In this document: positions 1-11,542 of the stretch, piece after piece
How positions within the stretch are numbered: the first letter of the stretch is position 1
Layout: each line of letters starts with the position of its first letter
Source of the DNA: Alphaproteobacteria bacterium
Lineage (GTDB): Bacteria > Pseudomonadota > Alphaproteobacteria > Micropepsales > Micropepsaceae
Assembly: GCA_045810735.1 (NCBI GenBank)
Contig: JBJMVL010000101.1
Coordinates: forward strand, 5,187-69,186
Length of the DNA: 64,000 nucleotides
Direction: 5' to 3'
Made by a program: the position numbers and the translations under genes
Notes under the pieces: model-generated
The model's input: the letters and a program-made list of their open reading frames with translations, nothing else
Told to the model about the DNA's origin: nothing
The model's database searches: none

Positions 1-65
1 CTCAGGGGTAGAGCATAACCTTGCCAAGGTTAGGGTCGGGCGTTCGATTCGCCTCGCCCGCTCCA
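1..65 (+). tRNA. tRNA-Gly(GCC), 5' end truncated by window edge
   Basis: D-arm CTCAGGGGTAGAG; anticodon stem AACC-TTGCCAA-GGTT with GCC anticodon; T-loop GTTCGATTC; 3' end GCCCGCTCCA with encoded CCA. Confidence 0.95.
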
Positions 66-182
66 AAGCGGCCTTCCCGGCCAATGACATCTGGTGCATG
101 TGCGGTTGCCTTGGGCCCGCGCCGGTACCAGGGCCGGCAAGTTGACGGCTCTGGTCAGCAGCAGGGGGCGGGTGGACCAGAG

Positions 183-2783
183 ATGCTGGCATCGCTGGTT
201 TCAAGGATTGTGCGTTTCTGTAGCGCTGCCGCATGGCCGGTGGCGATCGCTGCGTTTCTTTTGGGTATCCTTGCGGCAGGCTACGTCGCGACTCACTTCC
301 AGATCGACACGAACAGCGACAACCTGGTTGCGCCAAACGCGGCCTGGCGCGCCAACGAGCTACGCTACGATCGCGCCTTCCCGCAGCAGAACAACAGTAT
401 CGAAATCGTCGTGGACGGCGCGACCGCCGAGCGGGCGGATGAAGCTGCCGGAGCGCTGGCCGCCGCACTCGCGCAAAACCACGTCCGCTTCCTCTCGGTC
501 CGGCGACCGGATGGCGGACCGTTTTTCGCACGGGAAGGGCTGCTGCTGCTCCCGCTGGACAAGGTGAAACAGACCACAGGCGCGCTGATCAAAGCACAAC
601 CCTTTCTTGGCGGGCTTGCTGCCGATCCCAGCCTGAGTGGGATCATGAAAACACTTGATACCACTCTGCTCGGTGTCACGAGCGGGCAAACCCCGCTTGC
701 CACCCTCGACCGCCCAATCACCGCTTTTAAGGTGACGCTGGACGGCGTGCTTGCCGACAAGCCCGCGTTCTTCGGCTGGAGCGCCATGGTCGGCGGAGCA
801 TCCGATCTCTCCCGTACCCGCCGCTTTGTCGAAGTGCAGCCTAAGCTCGACTACGCCACTCTGTTGCCCGGCGCGCGTGCCACTAAGGCGATACGCTCGA
901 CAGCGCGGAAACTGAAACTTACACCCGCAACCGGCGTCCGCGTCCGCATAACCGGCAATGTGCCGATGGCCGACGAGGAATTCGCCTCGATCACCGACCG
1001 CGGGGCGCTGCTGGGCGCGCTCATGCTTGGGGCCACGCTCGTGATGTTGTGGCTCGCACTGCGTTCGATCCGGATGATCGGCGCCATCATTGTTACCCTT
1101 GCCATTGGTCTTGCGATTACCGCCGCGTTTGGGCTGCTCGTGTATGGCAGGTTCAACGTCATATCTGTTGCTTTCATTGTGCTCTTCGTCGGGCTGGGCG
1201 TGGATTTCGGAATTCAGTTCTGCGTGCGATACCGCGCGGAACGCCACCGGCTCGGCAATCTCCAGGATGCACTGGTCCGCGCGGGGACCTGCACCGGCAC
1301 GGGGTTGACGCTTGCCGCTGTTGCCGCCGCGCTCGCCTTCTATTCCTTTCTGCCCACCAAATATGCGGGCCTGGCTGAGCTCGGACTGATTGCCGGCACG
1401 GGCATGCTGATCATCTATGTATTGAGTGTCACATTGCTTCCGGCCTTTCTGAGGCTACTGCAACCGGAGGAAGAAGCAGAAGAGATCGGCTTTCGGGAGC
1501 TTGGGCCTGTCGATGCCTTTCTTACAGGCCATTGCCAGCGCGTGCTGCTCGCCGCCGGGATTATCGGTGTGCTCGCGCTGGCGTTGATTCCGTTTGTGCA
1601 GTTCGATTCCAACCCGCTGGATTTGCGCAATCCGCATTCCGAAGCGGTGGCAACGGCGCTTGATCTGATGAAGGATCCGGACACTTCGCCAAATACCATT
1701 AATGTGCTGCGGCCGTCGCGCCACGCCGCCAATGGCCTGGCCGCTCGCCTGGAGAACCTTCCAAATGTGTCGCAGGCGCTTACGGTGGACACCTTCATTC
1801 CCAAAGACCAGGACGCGAAGCTGGCCTCAATCCGCGATGCCGCGAGTCTGCTGGAAGCCACGCTCAACCCCTTCTTCGTAGCGCCACCGCGCAGCGATGC
1901 AGAAGTCGTAACGAGCTTGCGCAGCACAGCGACATCACTGCTATCGGCTTCGACCGGCAGTAAAGGACCGCCAGTGCAGCATGCGCTCGTCCTGGCGCGC
2001 ATCCTTGATCGGTTGGCCAGCGGCGATGCCGCTTTGCGCGTTCGCGCGGCCGATGCCTTCGTGCCGGGGCTCAAGACGATGCTTGGCCAAATCCGCACGG
2101 CCCTGCATCCGGCGCCTATACGCCTTGAGACGCTTCCACAGGATTTGCTGCGCAACTGGGTCTCGTCCGATGGACGGTACCGGGTGGAAGCGTTTCCAAA
2201 GGCTCAGGACAACAAGTCGCTCCGTCACTTCACGCGTGACGTTTTGGCCATCGCCCCCGATGCGACTGGGACACCGATAATCATCATGGAATCGGCAAAA
2301 ACCATTGTTTGGGCTTTTGTGGAGGCCGGCATCATTTCCCTGCTCTCCATCGTCGTCATCCTGGTTCTCGTGCTCCGCCGCTTCGGCGATGAGTTGATGA
2401 CTTTGATACCGCTTCTTCTCGCCGGGGTGCTGACGCTCGCCACCTGTGTTGTGTTTGGTATCCAGCTCAATTTTGCCAACATCATTGCCCTGCCGCTGCT
2501 GTTCGGCGTGGGTGTGGCCTTCGATATTTACTTTGTGATGTGGTGGCGCGAAGGCGGCCGCAACCTTCTGCAATCCCCGCTTACCCGCGCCGTGCTGATG
2601 AGCGCGGGCACGACCGGGGCTGCGTTCGGCACCTTGTCGCTATCCAGGCATCCGGGCACGGCGAGCATGGGGCAGCTGCTGATGATCTCGTTGTTCTGGA
2701 TTCTGGTTTCCATGCTCGTTGTGCTGCCGGCGCTGCTGCACCGTGTCCTGCCACATGAAGGTCTCGAGAGCGCGCCAGGCTGA
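183..2783 (+). CDS. hpnN: Hopanoid-associated MMPL/RND transporter HpnN
   Basis: Two TM bundles with GLGVDFGIQF and GVGVAFDIYF motifs and large periplasmic loops; sits in hpn cluster. Start moved to ATG 183 because the track start overlaps the tRNA. Confidence 0.88.
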   Translation: MLASLVSRIVRFCSAAAWPVAIAAFLLGILAAGYVATHFQIDTNSDNLVAPNAAWRANELRYDRAFPQQNNSIEIVVDGATAERADEAAGALAAALAQNHVRFLSVRRPDGGPFFAREGLLLLPLDKVKQTTGALIKAQPFLGGLAADPSLSGIMKTLDTTLLGVTSGQTPLATLDRPITAFKVTLDGVLADKPAFFGWSAMVGGASDLSRTRRFVEVQPKLDYATLLPGARATKAIRSTARKLKLTPATGVRVRITGNVPMADEEFASITDRGALLGALMLGATLVMLWLALRSIRMIGAIIVTLAIGLAITAAFGLLVYGRFNVISVAFIVLFVGLGVDFGIQFCVRYRAERHRLGNLQDALVRAGTCTGTGLTLAAVAAALAFYSFLPTKYAGLAELGLIAGTGMLIIYVLSVTLLPAFLRLLQPEEEAEEIGFRELGPVDAFLTGHCQRVLLAAGIIGVLALALIPFVQFDSNPLDLRNPHSEAVATALDLMKDPDTSPNTINVLRPSRHAANGLAARLENLPNVSQALTVDTFIPKDQDAKLASIRDAASLLEATLNPFFVAPPRSDAEVVTSLRSTATSLLSASTGSKGPPVQHALVLARILDRLASGDAALRVRAADAFVPGLKTMLGQIRTALHPAPIRLETLPQDLLRNWVSSDGRYRVEAFPKAQDNKSLRHFTRDVLAIAPDATGTPIIIMESAKTIVWAFVEAGIISLLSIVVILVLVLRRFGDELMTLIPLLLAGVLTLATCVVFGIQLNFANIIALPLLFGVGVAFDIYFVMWWREGGRNLLQSPLTRAVLMSAGTTGAAFGTLSLSRHPGTASMGQLLMISLFWILVSMLVVLPALLHRVLPHEGLESAPG

Positions 2784-2794
2784 TAGACGAAGAG

Positions 2795-3424
2795 CTAGCG
2801 CAGCATGTTGTCGCTCAAGCTGTTGAGCTTCTGTACCAGCGCGGGTGCGCCACCGCTTGTCAGAGTCGAGGCGAAATCGGCGCGCCTTGTCGCGACCTCG
2901 CTGACATACCCATTGAGAAAGATGTCCGCGATTTTCCAGCTCCCTTGCTTGTTGTCGAGCCGATAGACGAACGAAATTGGCGCCTTACCGGGTGCGGTCA
3001 TCTGGGTCGAGACGATCTTGTCGCCGTTCCGCTCCTGCACTTGCGGACTCGTGACGAACTGCTCGCCACCATATCCGTCAAAGTTTTTTGCGTAGTTTGC
3101 AATTGTCATGCGGCGAAACGCGTCGGTGACGCTCTTGCGGTCGGCTGGCGACATCGCTGACCAGCTGGGGCCCACGATCAACTGCGTCATGCCGCCGAAA
3201 TTGAATGCGGCATCCACGGCCGGCTCCAGCTTCTTGTAGCGACCCTGCACGCCCAGTTCCTTGGCGCGCTTCATCGTATCGAGCAAGACGGCATGAAACG
3301 CCTCTATCTGCTTTGCTGCCGGATCGGCCGTTGGTGTTGTCGCACTGGCTCCCATGGCCGATGGCACAGCGACAACTACCCCCAGGACTAGGGAAAGGGC
3401 GGCAGCGCGGAGGGCGGACATCAT
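2795..3424 (-). CDS. hpnM: MlaC/Ttg2D-family periplasmic lipid carrier (HpnM)
   Basis: Signal peptide; WKIADIFLNGYVSEVATRRADF C-terminal motif; convergent with hpnN. Confidence 0.8.
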   Translation of the reverse strand: MMSALRAAALSLVLGVVVAVPSAMGASATTPTADPAAKQIEAFHAVLLDTMKRAKELGVQGRYKKLEPAVDAAFNFGGMTQLIVGPSWSAMSPADRKSVTDAFRRMTIANYAKNFDGYGGEQFVTSPQVQERNGDKIVSTQMTAPGKAPISFVYRLDNKQGSWKIADIFLNGYVSEVATRRADFASTLTSGGAPALVQKLNSLSDNMLR

Positions 3425-3580
3425 GGCTGACCTCTTCCATGGCTGATTCGGCGGAGCTTCCTATCAAACCCATTCATCTTGCCGAAAGTTGCAATCTGCC
3501 ACGGCCGCCCTGCCGCATTTCTCTTGGCAGAACGCCGAAGGTGCGCAAAGATTCTCCGCCTAGGCGTACGGGAGGATGCG

Positions 3581-4222
3581 ATGCGGTGTGGCTGGCGCTC
3601 GTTGATTTTCGTTATGGCCCTCTCTGTTAGTGCGGTTTCGATGCCCGCGCGCGCACAAGCTCCGGTGGAGGCGTTTGTGCAGCAGAGTATCGACCGCGGC
3701 GTTGCCGTGCTGAAGGACAAATCGCTCGATGATGCAGAGCGGCGCGCAAAGATCGGCGAGATGCTCGCGGAGGTACTCGACACGCGCAAGATGGCGTTGT
3801 TCATGCTGGGCAACGTGCGCGAAACGGCGGCTGCCTCCGAGCTGGATGTCTATGCGGAAGCTTACAGGGCTTTCAGTATTGCCAGCTATGAATCGCAGTT
3901 GGGGAGCTATGGTGGACAATCGCTGAAAGTTACAGGTTCGGTCGAGCGCGCGCCGGGAGATTACATCGTCGAGGCTGTTGTGATGGATCCCGCACTACCC
4001 AACAATCCGACGCCGTTGCCCGTCGCATTTCGCGTTGTCGCCGAAAGAGACGGCAAGTTCGCCGTTGTGGCCGCCTCAATCGCCGGCATTTGGTTGAGTT
4101 TGGCGCAGCGCGCGGAGTTCGGCGCCTATCTGCGCCAGCACGGCAGCAGCATTACAGCACTCGGCGCGCACCTGCAGGAGGTGACGGCCGGCTTATCCGC
4201 ACCGTCCGGCGCTTCGCGCTGA
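3581..4222 (+). CDS. Second MlaC/Ttg2D-family phospholipid-binding protein
   Basis: GGAGG then ATG 3581; signal peptide; VVAASIAGIWLSLAQRAEF resembles the MlaC C-terminus. Confidence 0.7.
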   Translation: MRCGWRSLIFVMALSVSAVSMPARAQAPVEAFVQQSIDRGVAVLKDKSLDDAERRAKIGEMLAEVLDTRKMALFMLGNVRETAAASELDVYAEAYRAFSIASYESQLGSYGGQSLKVTGSVERAPGDYIVEAVVMDPALPNNPTPLPVAFRVVAERDGKFAVVAASIAGIWLSLAQRAEFGAYLRQHGSSITALGAHLQEVTAGLSAPSGASR

Positions 4223-5131
4223 TCAGTTTTCCCGGTTCAGCAGATACAGTGGCAACGCTTGTAGAAGAGCTGCTCCCGAGCCGTAGTTTGCAACCGTATC
4301 CGCGGCGCGCAGCGCCAGTTCTTTCGCTTGTGCACGTGCCGCGTCCACGCCCTGCAAAGAGACCAGCGTTGCCTTTCCGTGCTCCGCGTCCTTTCCCACC
4401 GCCTTTCCAGTCTTCTCGGTCGTGCTCAGCACATCAAGAAGATCGTCGGTGATCTGGAACACGAGTCCGAAATCGCGGGCATAATCGCGCAGACGATTTT
4501 GGTGTTCGACTCCAGCCTCGGCAAGAATGGGGCCCGCAACGCAGCAAAATTCGAATAGCGCGCCAGTCTTTAACCGCTGCAACAGAATGACATCGTCTAC
4601 CGCGAACACATGCGCTGGCGCTTCGATGTCGATCATCTGACCGCCGATCATGCCGAGCGTTCCACCGGCGCGCGCGAGCTCTGATACGAGGCGAGCGCGC
4701 ACCTCACCGGATGAATGGGTTTCCGTGCCGGCGAGAATGTCGAATGCAATTGTCAGCAGTGCATCGCCGGCGAGTACCGCAGTGGATTCGTCAAATGCGC
4801 GGTGCGTCGTAGGGCGTCCGCGGCGCAGATCGTCATTATCCATGCAAGGCAGGTCATCGTGCACCAGTGAATAGGTGTGCACCGCCTCTATGGCGGCCGC
4901 GGCCCGGACCGCACGCTCCGGTTCCACTCCGAACAGGCCGGCGCTTTGCATCACGAGGAAAGGCCGTAGCCGCTTGCCGCCCGCCAACACGGCATACCGC
5001 ATCGCCTCCTGTACCCGCCCCTGCAAGCCAGAGGGCACGGGGAGGAGCCGCTGCAAAGCGGCATCCACGTCTTCGCCCGCAGCCTTAAGGGCAACCAGCA
5101 GGCTGGCAAATTCCGTTTCCGTTCGGTTCAT
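4223..5131 (-). CDS. ispA: Polyprenyl (farnesyl) diphosphate synthase
   Basis: [23 protein letters not shown] and FQITDDLLD motifs; start approximate. Confidence 0.9.
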   Translation of the reverse strand: MNRTETEFASLLVALKAAGEDVDAALQRLLPVPSGLQGRVQEAMRYAVLAGGKRLRPFLVMQSAGLFGVEPERAVRAAAAIEAVHTYSLVHDDLPCMDNDDLRRGRPTTHRAFDESTAVLAGDALLTIAFDILAGTETHSSGEVRARLVSELARAGGTLGMIGGQMIDIEAPAHVFAVDDVILLQRLKTGALFEFCCVAGPILAEAGVEHQNRLRDYARDFGLVFQITDDLLDVLSTTEKTGKAVGKDAEHGKATLVSLQGVDAARAQAKELALRAADTVANYGSGAALLQALPLYLLNREN

Positions 5132-5237
5132 TCCGGCTTTTTGCTGCAACATTGCCCTGGAGGGAGGAGTTCCCCTAAAAACAGGGCGCTTGGCAACCGA
5201 TTTGTTCAGTTGGCCTATCGGGCCCGATGGAGTTCCA

Positions 5238-6164
5238 ATGCGTGTGATCCTGGCACAGCCCCGCGGCTTCTGCGCCGGCGTGGTGCGGGCCATCGACATC
5301 GTCGAGCAGGCGCTCGACCGCTATCACGCGCCCGTCTATGTGCGCCATGAGATCGTGCACAACCGGCATGTGGTGGAGGACCTGAAGAGCAAGGGCGCCC
5401 GTTTTGTGGAGGAGTTGAGCGAGGTTCCGGATGGTGCCATGACCGTGTTCAGCGCTCACGGCGTGCCGCGCTCGGTGATCGACGAGGCGAGCCGGCGCGG
5501 CCTGCCAGTTTTGGACGCCACCTGTCCGCTGGTCTCCAAGGTGCACAATCAGGGGCGGCGCTACGTGGGCGATGGCCGCTTGCTGATTCTGGTCGGCCAT
5601 GCCGGACACCCGGAAGTGGAAGGTACCATGGGCCAGGTTGGCGGGCCGACCTATCTCGTCTCCTCCGAGGCCGATGTGGAGGCGCTGGAAATTCCGGAAG
5701 ACACTCGCGTCGCTTATGTGACGCAAACCACCCTCAGCATAGATGACACCAAGTCCGTCATCGCCGCCCTGAAGCGCAAGTTTCGCGATGTGGTCGGACC
5801 GGATACGTCTGATATCTGCTACGCCACGCAGAACCGGCAGATGGCGGTGCGTGCGCTTTGCAAGGTCGCGGACGTGGTGCTGGTGGTGGGGGCGAAGAAC
5901 AGCTCCAATTCCAACCGTCTGCGGGAGATTGGGCATGAAACCGGGAAGCCGAGCTACTTGATTGCCGACGCCAGCGAACTGGATCCGCGCTGGTTGAGCG
6001 GCAAGCAGATCGTGGGCCTAACCGCGGGCGCTTCGGCTCCGGAAAAGCTCGTGCAGGAAGTGATCGAAACATTGCGGCTGCTCGATCCTGATCTGGAAGT
6101 GGAAGAGCTGGACGGCAAGAAGGAACACATCGCCTTCCGCTTGCCGGCCGAATTGCGCACGTAA
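5238..6164 (+). CDS. ispH: 4-hydroxy-3-methylbut-2-enyl diphosphate reductase
   Basis: [30 protein letters not shown] and SSNSNRL motifs. Confidence 0.97.
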   Translation: MRVILAQPRGFCAGVVRAIDIVEQALDRYHAPVYVRHEIVHNRHVVEDLKSKGARFVEELSEVPDGAMTVFSAHGVPRSVIDEASRRGLPVLDATCPLVSKVHNQGRRYVGDGRLLILVGHAGHPEVEGTMGQVGGPTYLVSSEADVEALEIPEDTRVAYVTQTTLSIDDTKSVIAALKRKFRDVVGPDTSDICYATQNRQMAVRALCKVADVVLVVGAKNSSNSNRLREIGHETGKPSYLIADASELDPRWLSGKQIVGLTAGASAPEKLVQEVIETLRLLDPDLEVEELDGKKEHIAFRLPAELRT

Positions 6165-6189
6165 GCGTTAGACCTACACGGAGATTATT

Positions 6190-7338
<1,149 letters not shown>

Positions 7339-7943
7339 CGCGTTCATCGCTCTGTTGGTATCGCGCGCGGTACGAATGAGCGCACCGAATTGTGATGGGT
7401 CATCCAGCAACGACAGCATCACCGCCGAATAATCGATGCGGCCTTCCTTGTTGAGTGCAAACGCCGCTGCCGGCGGCAAAGTGTGATGCGCGGCGTCAGA
7501 AATGGCGCGCAGTACCGTGAACGGCACCCCGCGTCCACTCGCCACCCGCGCCACAATGTGTGACTCCATATCAGCGGCAATCGCGCCGGTTTGCTGATGC
7601 AGCACAGCTTTCAACTCTTCCGTCAGCAGAACGACGTCGCTGCCCGCGACGGATCCAGATGCTGCCCCATATGTGTTGGCAAGTGTGTTAGTCCATGTTT
7701 CATCCGCGCGCCAACGTTCGCTTTGGCACATGACGTCGGTTCCAACGACAACCACGCCGACCGCAAGCTCCGGCGACAGCGCACCGCAAATACCGAACGA
7801 GAGAATCGCACGCGCGCCGCGGTCAATCGCTGCTTCGATCTTCGATGCGAGCGTAGAATTGTCGCTGCCGGCCGCAATCACACCGCAGCGGCCGCGCACC
7901 AGCTTCGCCTCTCGCTGCATGCCCGTGACGGCGATCAGCACAC

Positions 7944-8327
7944 TCAGCGCCGGCCGCCGTAAGGCACAGTGAGAATTTCCAGGAAGTGACCGGACGGCTC
8001 GTGGAAGTACAGGCCACGCCCGCCATCGTTGCTGTTGATCTCGCCAAGCCGCCTTTTGGCGGGATCGGCCCAGTAGTCGAGCCCGCGTTCTTTGATGCGT
8101 CCGAACCCAACATCGAACTCCGCTTCGGAAACCAGGAAGGCATAGTGCTGAGCGTCAATCGGGCCGGAATGGTTCATGAAATCCAGGCTGACGCCATTCG
8201 CCGTCCGCAACACCAGGAACGGCCCGAAGGATTCCGGTTTGGCAAGGCCGAGGATCTCCGCAAGGAAGGCGGCGGATTCCCGCTTATCTTTGGCATGCAC
8301 GATGGTGTGGTTGAGTTCGATGCTCAT
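7944..8327 (-). CDS. VOC/glyoxalase-family protein
   Basis: LNHTIVHA, QHYAFLV and GRGLYFHEPSGHFLEILT motifs; ATG at 8327. Confidence 0.85.
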   Translation of the reverse strand: MSIELNHTIVHAKDKRESAAFLAEILGLAKPESFGPFLVLRTANGVSLDFMNHSGPIDAQHYAFLVSEAEFDVGFGRIKERGLDYWADPAKRRLGEINSNDGGRGLYFHEPSGHFLEILTVPYGGRR

Positions 8328-8350
8328 GCACGATTGTCCGTTGTCTCCGA

Positions 8351-10279
8351 TCACAATCCTTGCGCCACGCGGCGGATGTTGCTGGCCTTGAGATTGCGGT
8401 AGCGGGCCAGCGCCCATAGCGGAAAGAATTTCGGATAGCCGTGATAGCGCAGATAGAACACCCGCGGGAAACCGCCGCCGGTGTAGTGCAGCTGGTTCCA
8501 CAATCCGTCTTGGGCTTGTGTCTCCTGCAGATACGCAATGCCGCGCGCCACCGCTGGATGATCCACCTCGGCGGCCGCCATCAGGCCCAGCAAAGCCCAC
8601 GCGGTTTGCGAGGCTGTGGAAGGCGCAGGCTCGTAGTCCGCGTAATCCAGCCTGTAGCTGTCGCACGATTCACCCCAGCCGCCGTCTGCGTTCTGAATCG
8701 CAATCAGCCATTCCGCCGCCTTGCGCATCATCGGATGTTTCGGATCGACACCAGCCGCAATCACGCCGGCCATCGCCGACCAAGTGCCGTAGATGTAGTT
8801 CACACCCCAGCGGCCGAACCAGCTGCCATCCTTCAGCTGCACGCGCTCCAGATACTCGATCGCGGCTTTCATGCGCGGTGAATCGACCGGCTCACCCAAT
8901 TGCGCCAGCATGCCAAGGCAGCGGCCGGTCACATCCTCCGTCGGCGGATCCAGCAGCGCACCATGATCGGCAAACGGAATATTGTTCAGGTAGTGGTAAG
9001 CGTTATCGGCATCGAAGGCGCCCCAGCCGCCGTTTTTGCTTTGCATGCCCTCGACCCATTCGTTCCCGCGCGCGATGGCCTCGGCCGAACGCTCGCTTTT
9101 CGCCGCGCGGTCCAGCGCCATCACCACCACAGCCGTATCGTCGAGGTCGGGATAATGGGCGTTGTTGTATTGGAACGCCCAGCCGCCGGGCCGCACGTCG
9201 GGGCGCTCCTCCGCCCAGTCGCCTTTCACATCCAGCACCTGCAGCGGCTTCAACCATTCCAGTGCGCGCGCGATGGCGTCTTCCGTGCCAGATGATTCCA
9301 TCAGCGCATGGCAGGCGAGCGCCGTATCCCAAACCGGCGACACACAGGGTTGGCAGTACGCCTCGTCATCCTTGACAACGAGCAGCTTCTCCACCGAGCG
9401 CCGCGCAACGGCGCGGTGCGGATGTTCCGTCGAATAGCCCAGGCAATCGAACATCATGACGGAATTGGCCATGGCGGGGTAAATCGCGCCGAGGCCATCC
9501 TCCCCGTTCAGTCGTTCGACAACGAAATTTTCACACGCCTGAATCGCGCGCTTGTGCAAATTCTTCGGCCAGAACCGATCGCCACGCTTCAACACCCAGT
9601 CGAGCGCGCCGAAGAACGCCGCCCAGCCGCGGCTCTGGTGCGGCGCACGGTTCCGCGCCGGGGAGCCGTGCGGCAGAAACAGTTCCGGCACATGCACGCT
9701 GCGCGGATTGCGCGCGCGGGGCTTCAGCGCCTGGAGCACGAGCAACGGCACGATCACCGTGCGCGCCCAGTACGACATCTTCGACAGATGAATGGGGAAC
9801 CAGCGGGGCAGAAGGATGAGTTCGGCGGGCACAGTTGGCGTATTGCTCCAGGCTGTTTCGCCGAACAGCGCCAGCTGAATGCGGGTGAAGACATTGGTTC
9901 GATCGGCGCCGCCGCGGGCGAGAATGCCTTCGCGCGCGCGGATCATGTGCTGCGCGTCCGGCGAATGGCCAATCATCTTCAGCGCGAAATACGCCTTGAC
10001 CGTCGCGCTGAGGTCGAAATCCCCGTCGTAATACAGAGGCCAGCCGCCGTGCTTCCCTTGGTTGCGTCGCAGATACACGCCGATCTTGCGCTCCAGCTCC
10101 AGATTCGGAGTTTCGGCGAGATAATGCGTGAGCAGGATGTATTCGGATGGAATCGTGGCATCCGCTTCTAGCTCGAACACCCAGTGGCCGTCCGCCCGCT
10201 GCTGCTTCAGCAGCGCGTCGGTAGCGCGGGTAATCGCCGCGGCCAGTTCGGTATGATCAATGGTGAGCGTCCGGTCCAT
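8351..10279 (-). CDS. shc: Squalene-hopene cyclase (HpnF)
   Basis: Catalytic YPDLDDTAVV; several QxxDGxW repeats; GTGFPR-like GGGFPRVFYLRYHGY. Confidence 0.98.
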   Translation of the reverse strand: MDRTLTIDHTELAAAITRATDALLKQQRADGHWVFELEADATIPSEYILLTHYLAETPNLELERKIGVYLRRNQGKHGGWPLYYDGDFDLSATVKAYFALKMIGHSPDAQHMIRAREGILARGGADRTNVFTRIQLALFGETAWSNTPTVPAELILLPRWFPIHLSKMSYWARTVIVPLLVLQALKPRARNPRSVHVPELFLPHGSPARNRAPHQSRGWAAFFGALDWVLKRGDRFWPKNLHKRAIQACENFVVERLNGEDGLGAIYPAMANSVMMFDCLGYSTEHPHRAVARRSVEKLLVVKDDEAYCQPCVSPVWDTALACHALMESSGTEDAIARALEWLKPLQVLDVKGDWAEERPDVRPGGWAFQYNNAHYPDLDDTAVVVMALDRAAKSERSAEAIARGNEWVEGMQSKNGGWGAFDADNAYHYLNNIPFADHGALLDPPTEDVTGRCLGMLAQLGEPVDSPRMKAAIEYLERVQLKDGSWFGRWGVNYIYGTWSAMAGVIAAGVDPKHPMMRKAAEWLIAIQNADGGWGESCDSYRLDYADYEPAPSTASQTAWALLGLMAAAEVDHPAVARGIAYLQETQAQDGLWNQLHYTGGGFPRVFYLRYHGYPKFFPLWALARYRNLKASNIRRVAQGL

Positions 10280-10288
10280 GGCGGCAAA

Positions 10289-11542
10289 TTACCGTGACAG
10301 CGAACGCAGCGCCAATTCCGCGGCCCGATTGCCGGAGCGCACGGCGCCTTCGATAGTGGCGGGTAGCCCGGTATCGGTCCAGTCGCCGGCGAGAAACAGG
10401 TTGGACCAGCGGGTTTCCGCCTTGGCGCGCCGCTTCGCCTGCTCCGGCGTAGCGGCGAAGGTGGCGCGCCGTTCCTTCACGATCTGCCACCGCGGCAGCT
10501 CTGGCCCAACCTCAAGTGCGGTTGCCACATCGCGCCACAGCGTTTTGGCCAAATTCTCGCGGTCACGATCCACGATGGCATCGGCGCCGGATACCGTGAC
10601 TGAAATGCGATCCGGAAAGGCGAACACCCATTCGGCGGTGCCACCGATAATGCCGATCATAAGCGACGCGCCAGGCGGCGGCGCAATCGCAAAGTGCGCG
10701 TTGACGATGGAGCGGAACTCGTTCGGCGCTACCACATCGGGCAGCAGATCCGCCGTGACCCAAGCCGGAGTGGCGAGCACCACGCGATCGTTGTTTTCTA
10801 AGGAGATACTGTCCGCGAAATCGAGTGATGCGACGCACTGATCGGCGAATTCGACACCACGAAGCCGCAAACCGAACCGCACTTCGGCACCGTTACTCTT
10901 CAAGTAATTCAAAGCCGGATCGACAAAGGTGCTCGACAAATGCGGTGACGCAATGCGCGGCTGGCAGGCGCGCCCGCCTTTCACCAACGTTTCGCGCACA
11001 ACAGCCGCAACCAATCCGGCAGATGCGGCTTCGGGTTCGGTATTCAAAGCCGCCAGCAACAGCGGCCGCAGCAATCGGGTCCACAAACGTCCGCTGCAGG
11101 CGATCACATCATCGATGCGCTTGCTCGGCAATGCCGCGAGCAGCTTCGCGATAGCGAGGTATTCGCGAACGGATGTCTCTGGCACGCGGCGGCTTGGCGA
11201 AAAAACCCACCAGGGAACGGCGCCCTCGTTCGGAGTTACGGTCCAGCGCGCGCCGCTGCGCACATCGATAAAGAAAAAGCGAGCGCGCTCGGGCCCCGCA
11301 AGCCGGTCCGCAGAGCCGATGGTCCGCAGATATTCGAAGGTCGCGTGATTGCCGGAAAGGATCAGATGATTGCCGTTGTCGATCACCTGATTCAGCACCG
11401 GATCGAGATACGAGCGGCAGCGGCCGCCCGCCTGCCCCGCACCTTCGATCAAAACGACGCGCGCGCCGCGACTTGCCAGCGCGACACCGGCCGCGAGGCC
11501 GGAAAGTCCCGCCCCGACCACGTACACCGTGCCGGTGGTCAT
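10289..11542 (-). CDS. hpnE: Hydroxysqualene dehydroxylase HpnE
   Basis: GAGLSGLA Rossmann motif; GGRCRSY; LAGDWTDTGLPATIEGAVRSG. Confidence 0.93.
   Translation of the reverse strand: MTTGTVYVVGAGLSGLAAGVALASRGARVVLIEGAGQAGGRCRSYLDPVLNQVIDNGNHLILSGNHATFEYLRTIGSADRLAGPERARFFFIDVRSGARWTVTPNEGAVPWWVFSPSRRVPETSVREYLAIAKLLAALPSKRIDDVIACSGRLWTRLLRPLLLAALNTEPEAASAGLVAAVVRETLVKGGRACQPRIASPHLSSTFVDPALNYLKSNGAEVRFGLRLRGVEFADQCVASLDFADSISLENNDRVVLATPAWVTADLLPDVVAPNEFRSIVNAHFAIAPPPGASLMIGIIGGTAEWVFAFPDRISVTVSGADAIVDRDRENLAKTLWRDVATALEVGPELPRWQIVKERRATFAATPEQAKRRAKAETRWSNLFLAGDWTDTGLPATIEGAVRSGNRAAELALRSLSR

Noticed and set aside
21-182. N-terminal extension of the 920-aa ORF
   Set aside because: It overlaps the tRNA-Gly; ATG 183 gives a normal HpnN start
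1-200. tRNA-Gly as the integration site of an island carrying the hpn cluster
   Set aside because: No integrase, and I saw no repeat of the tRNA 3' end elsewhere in the window
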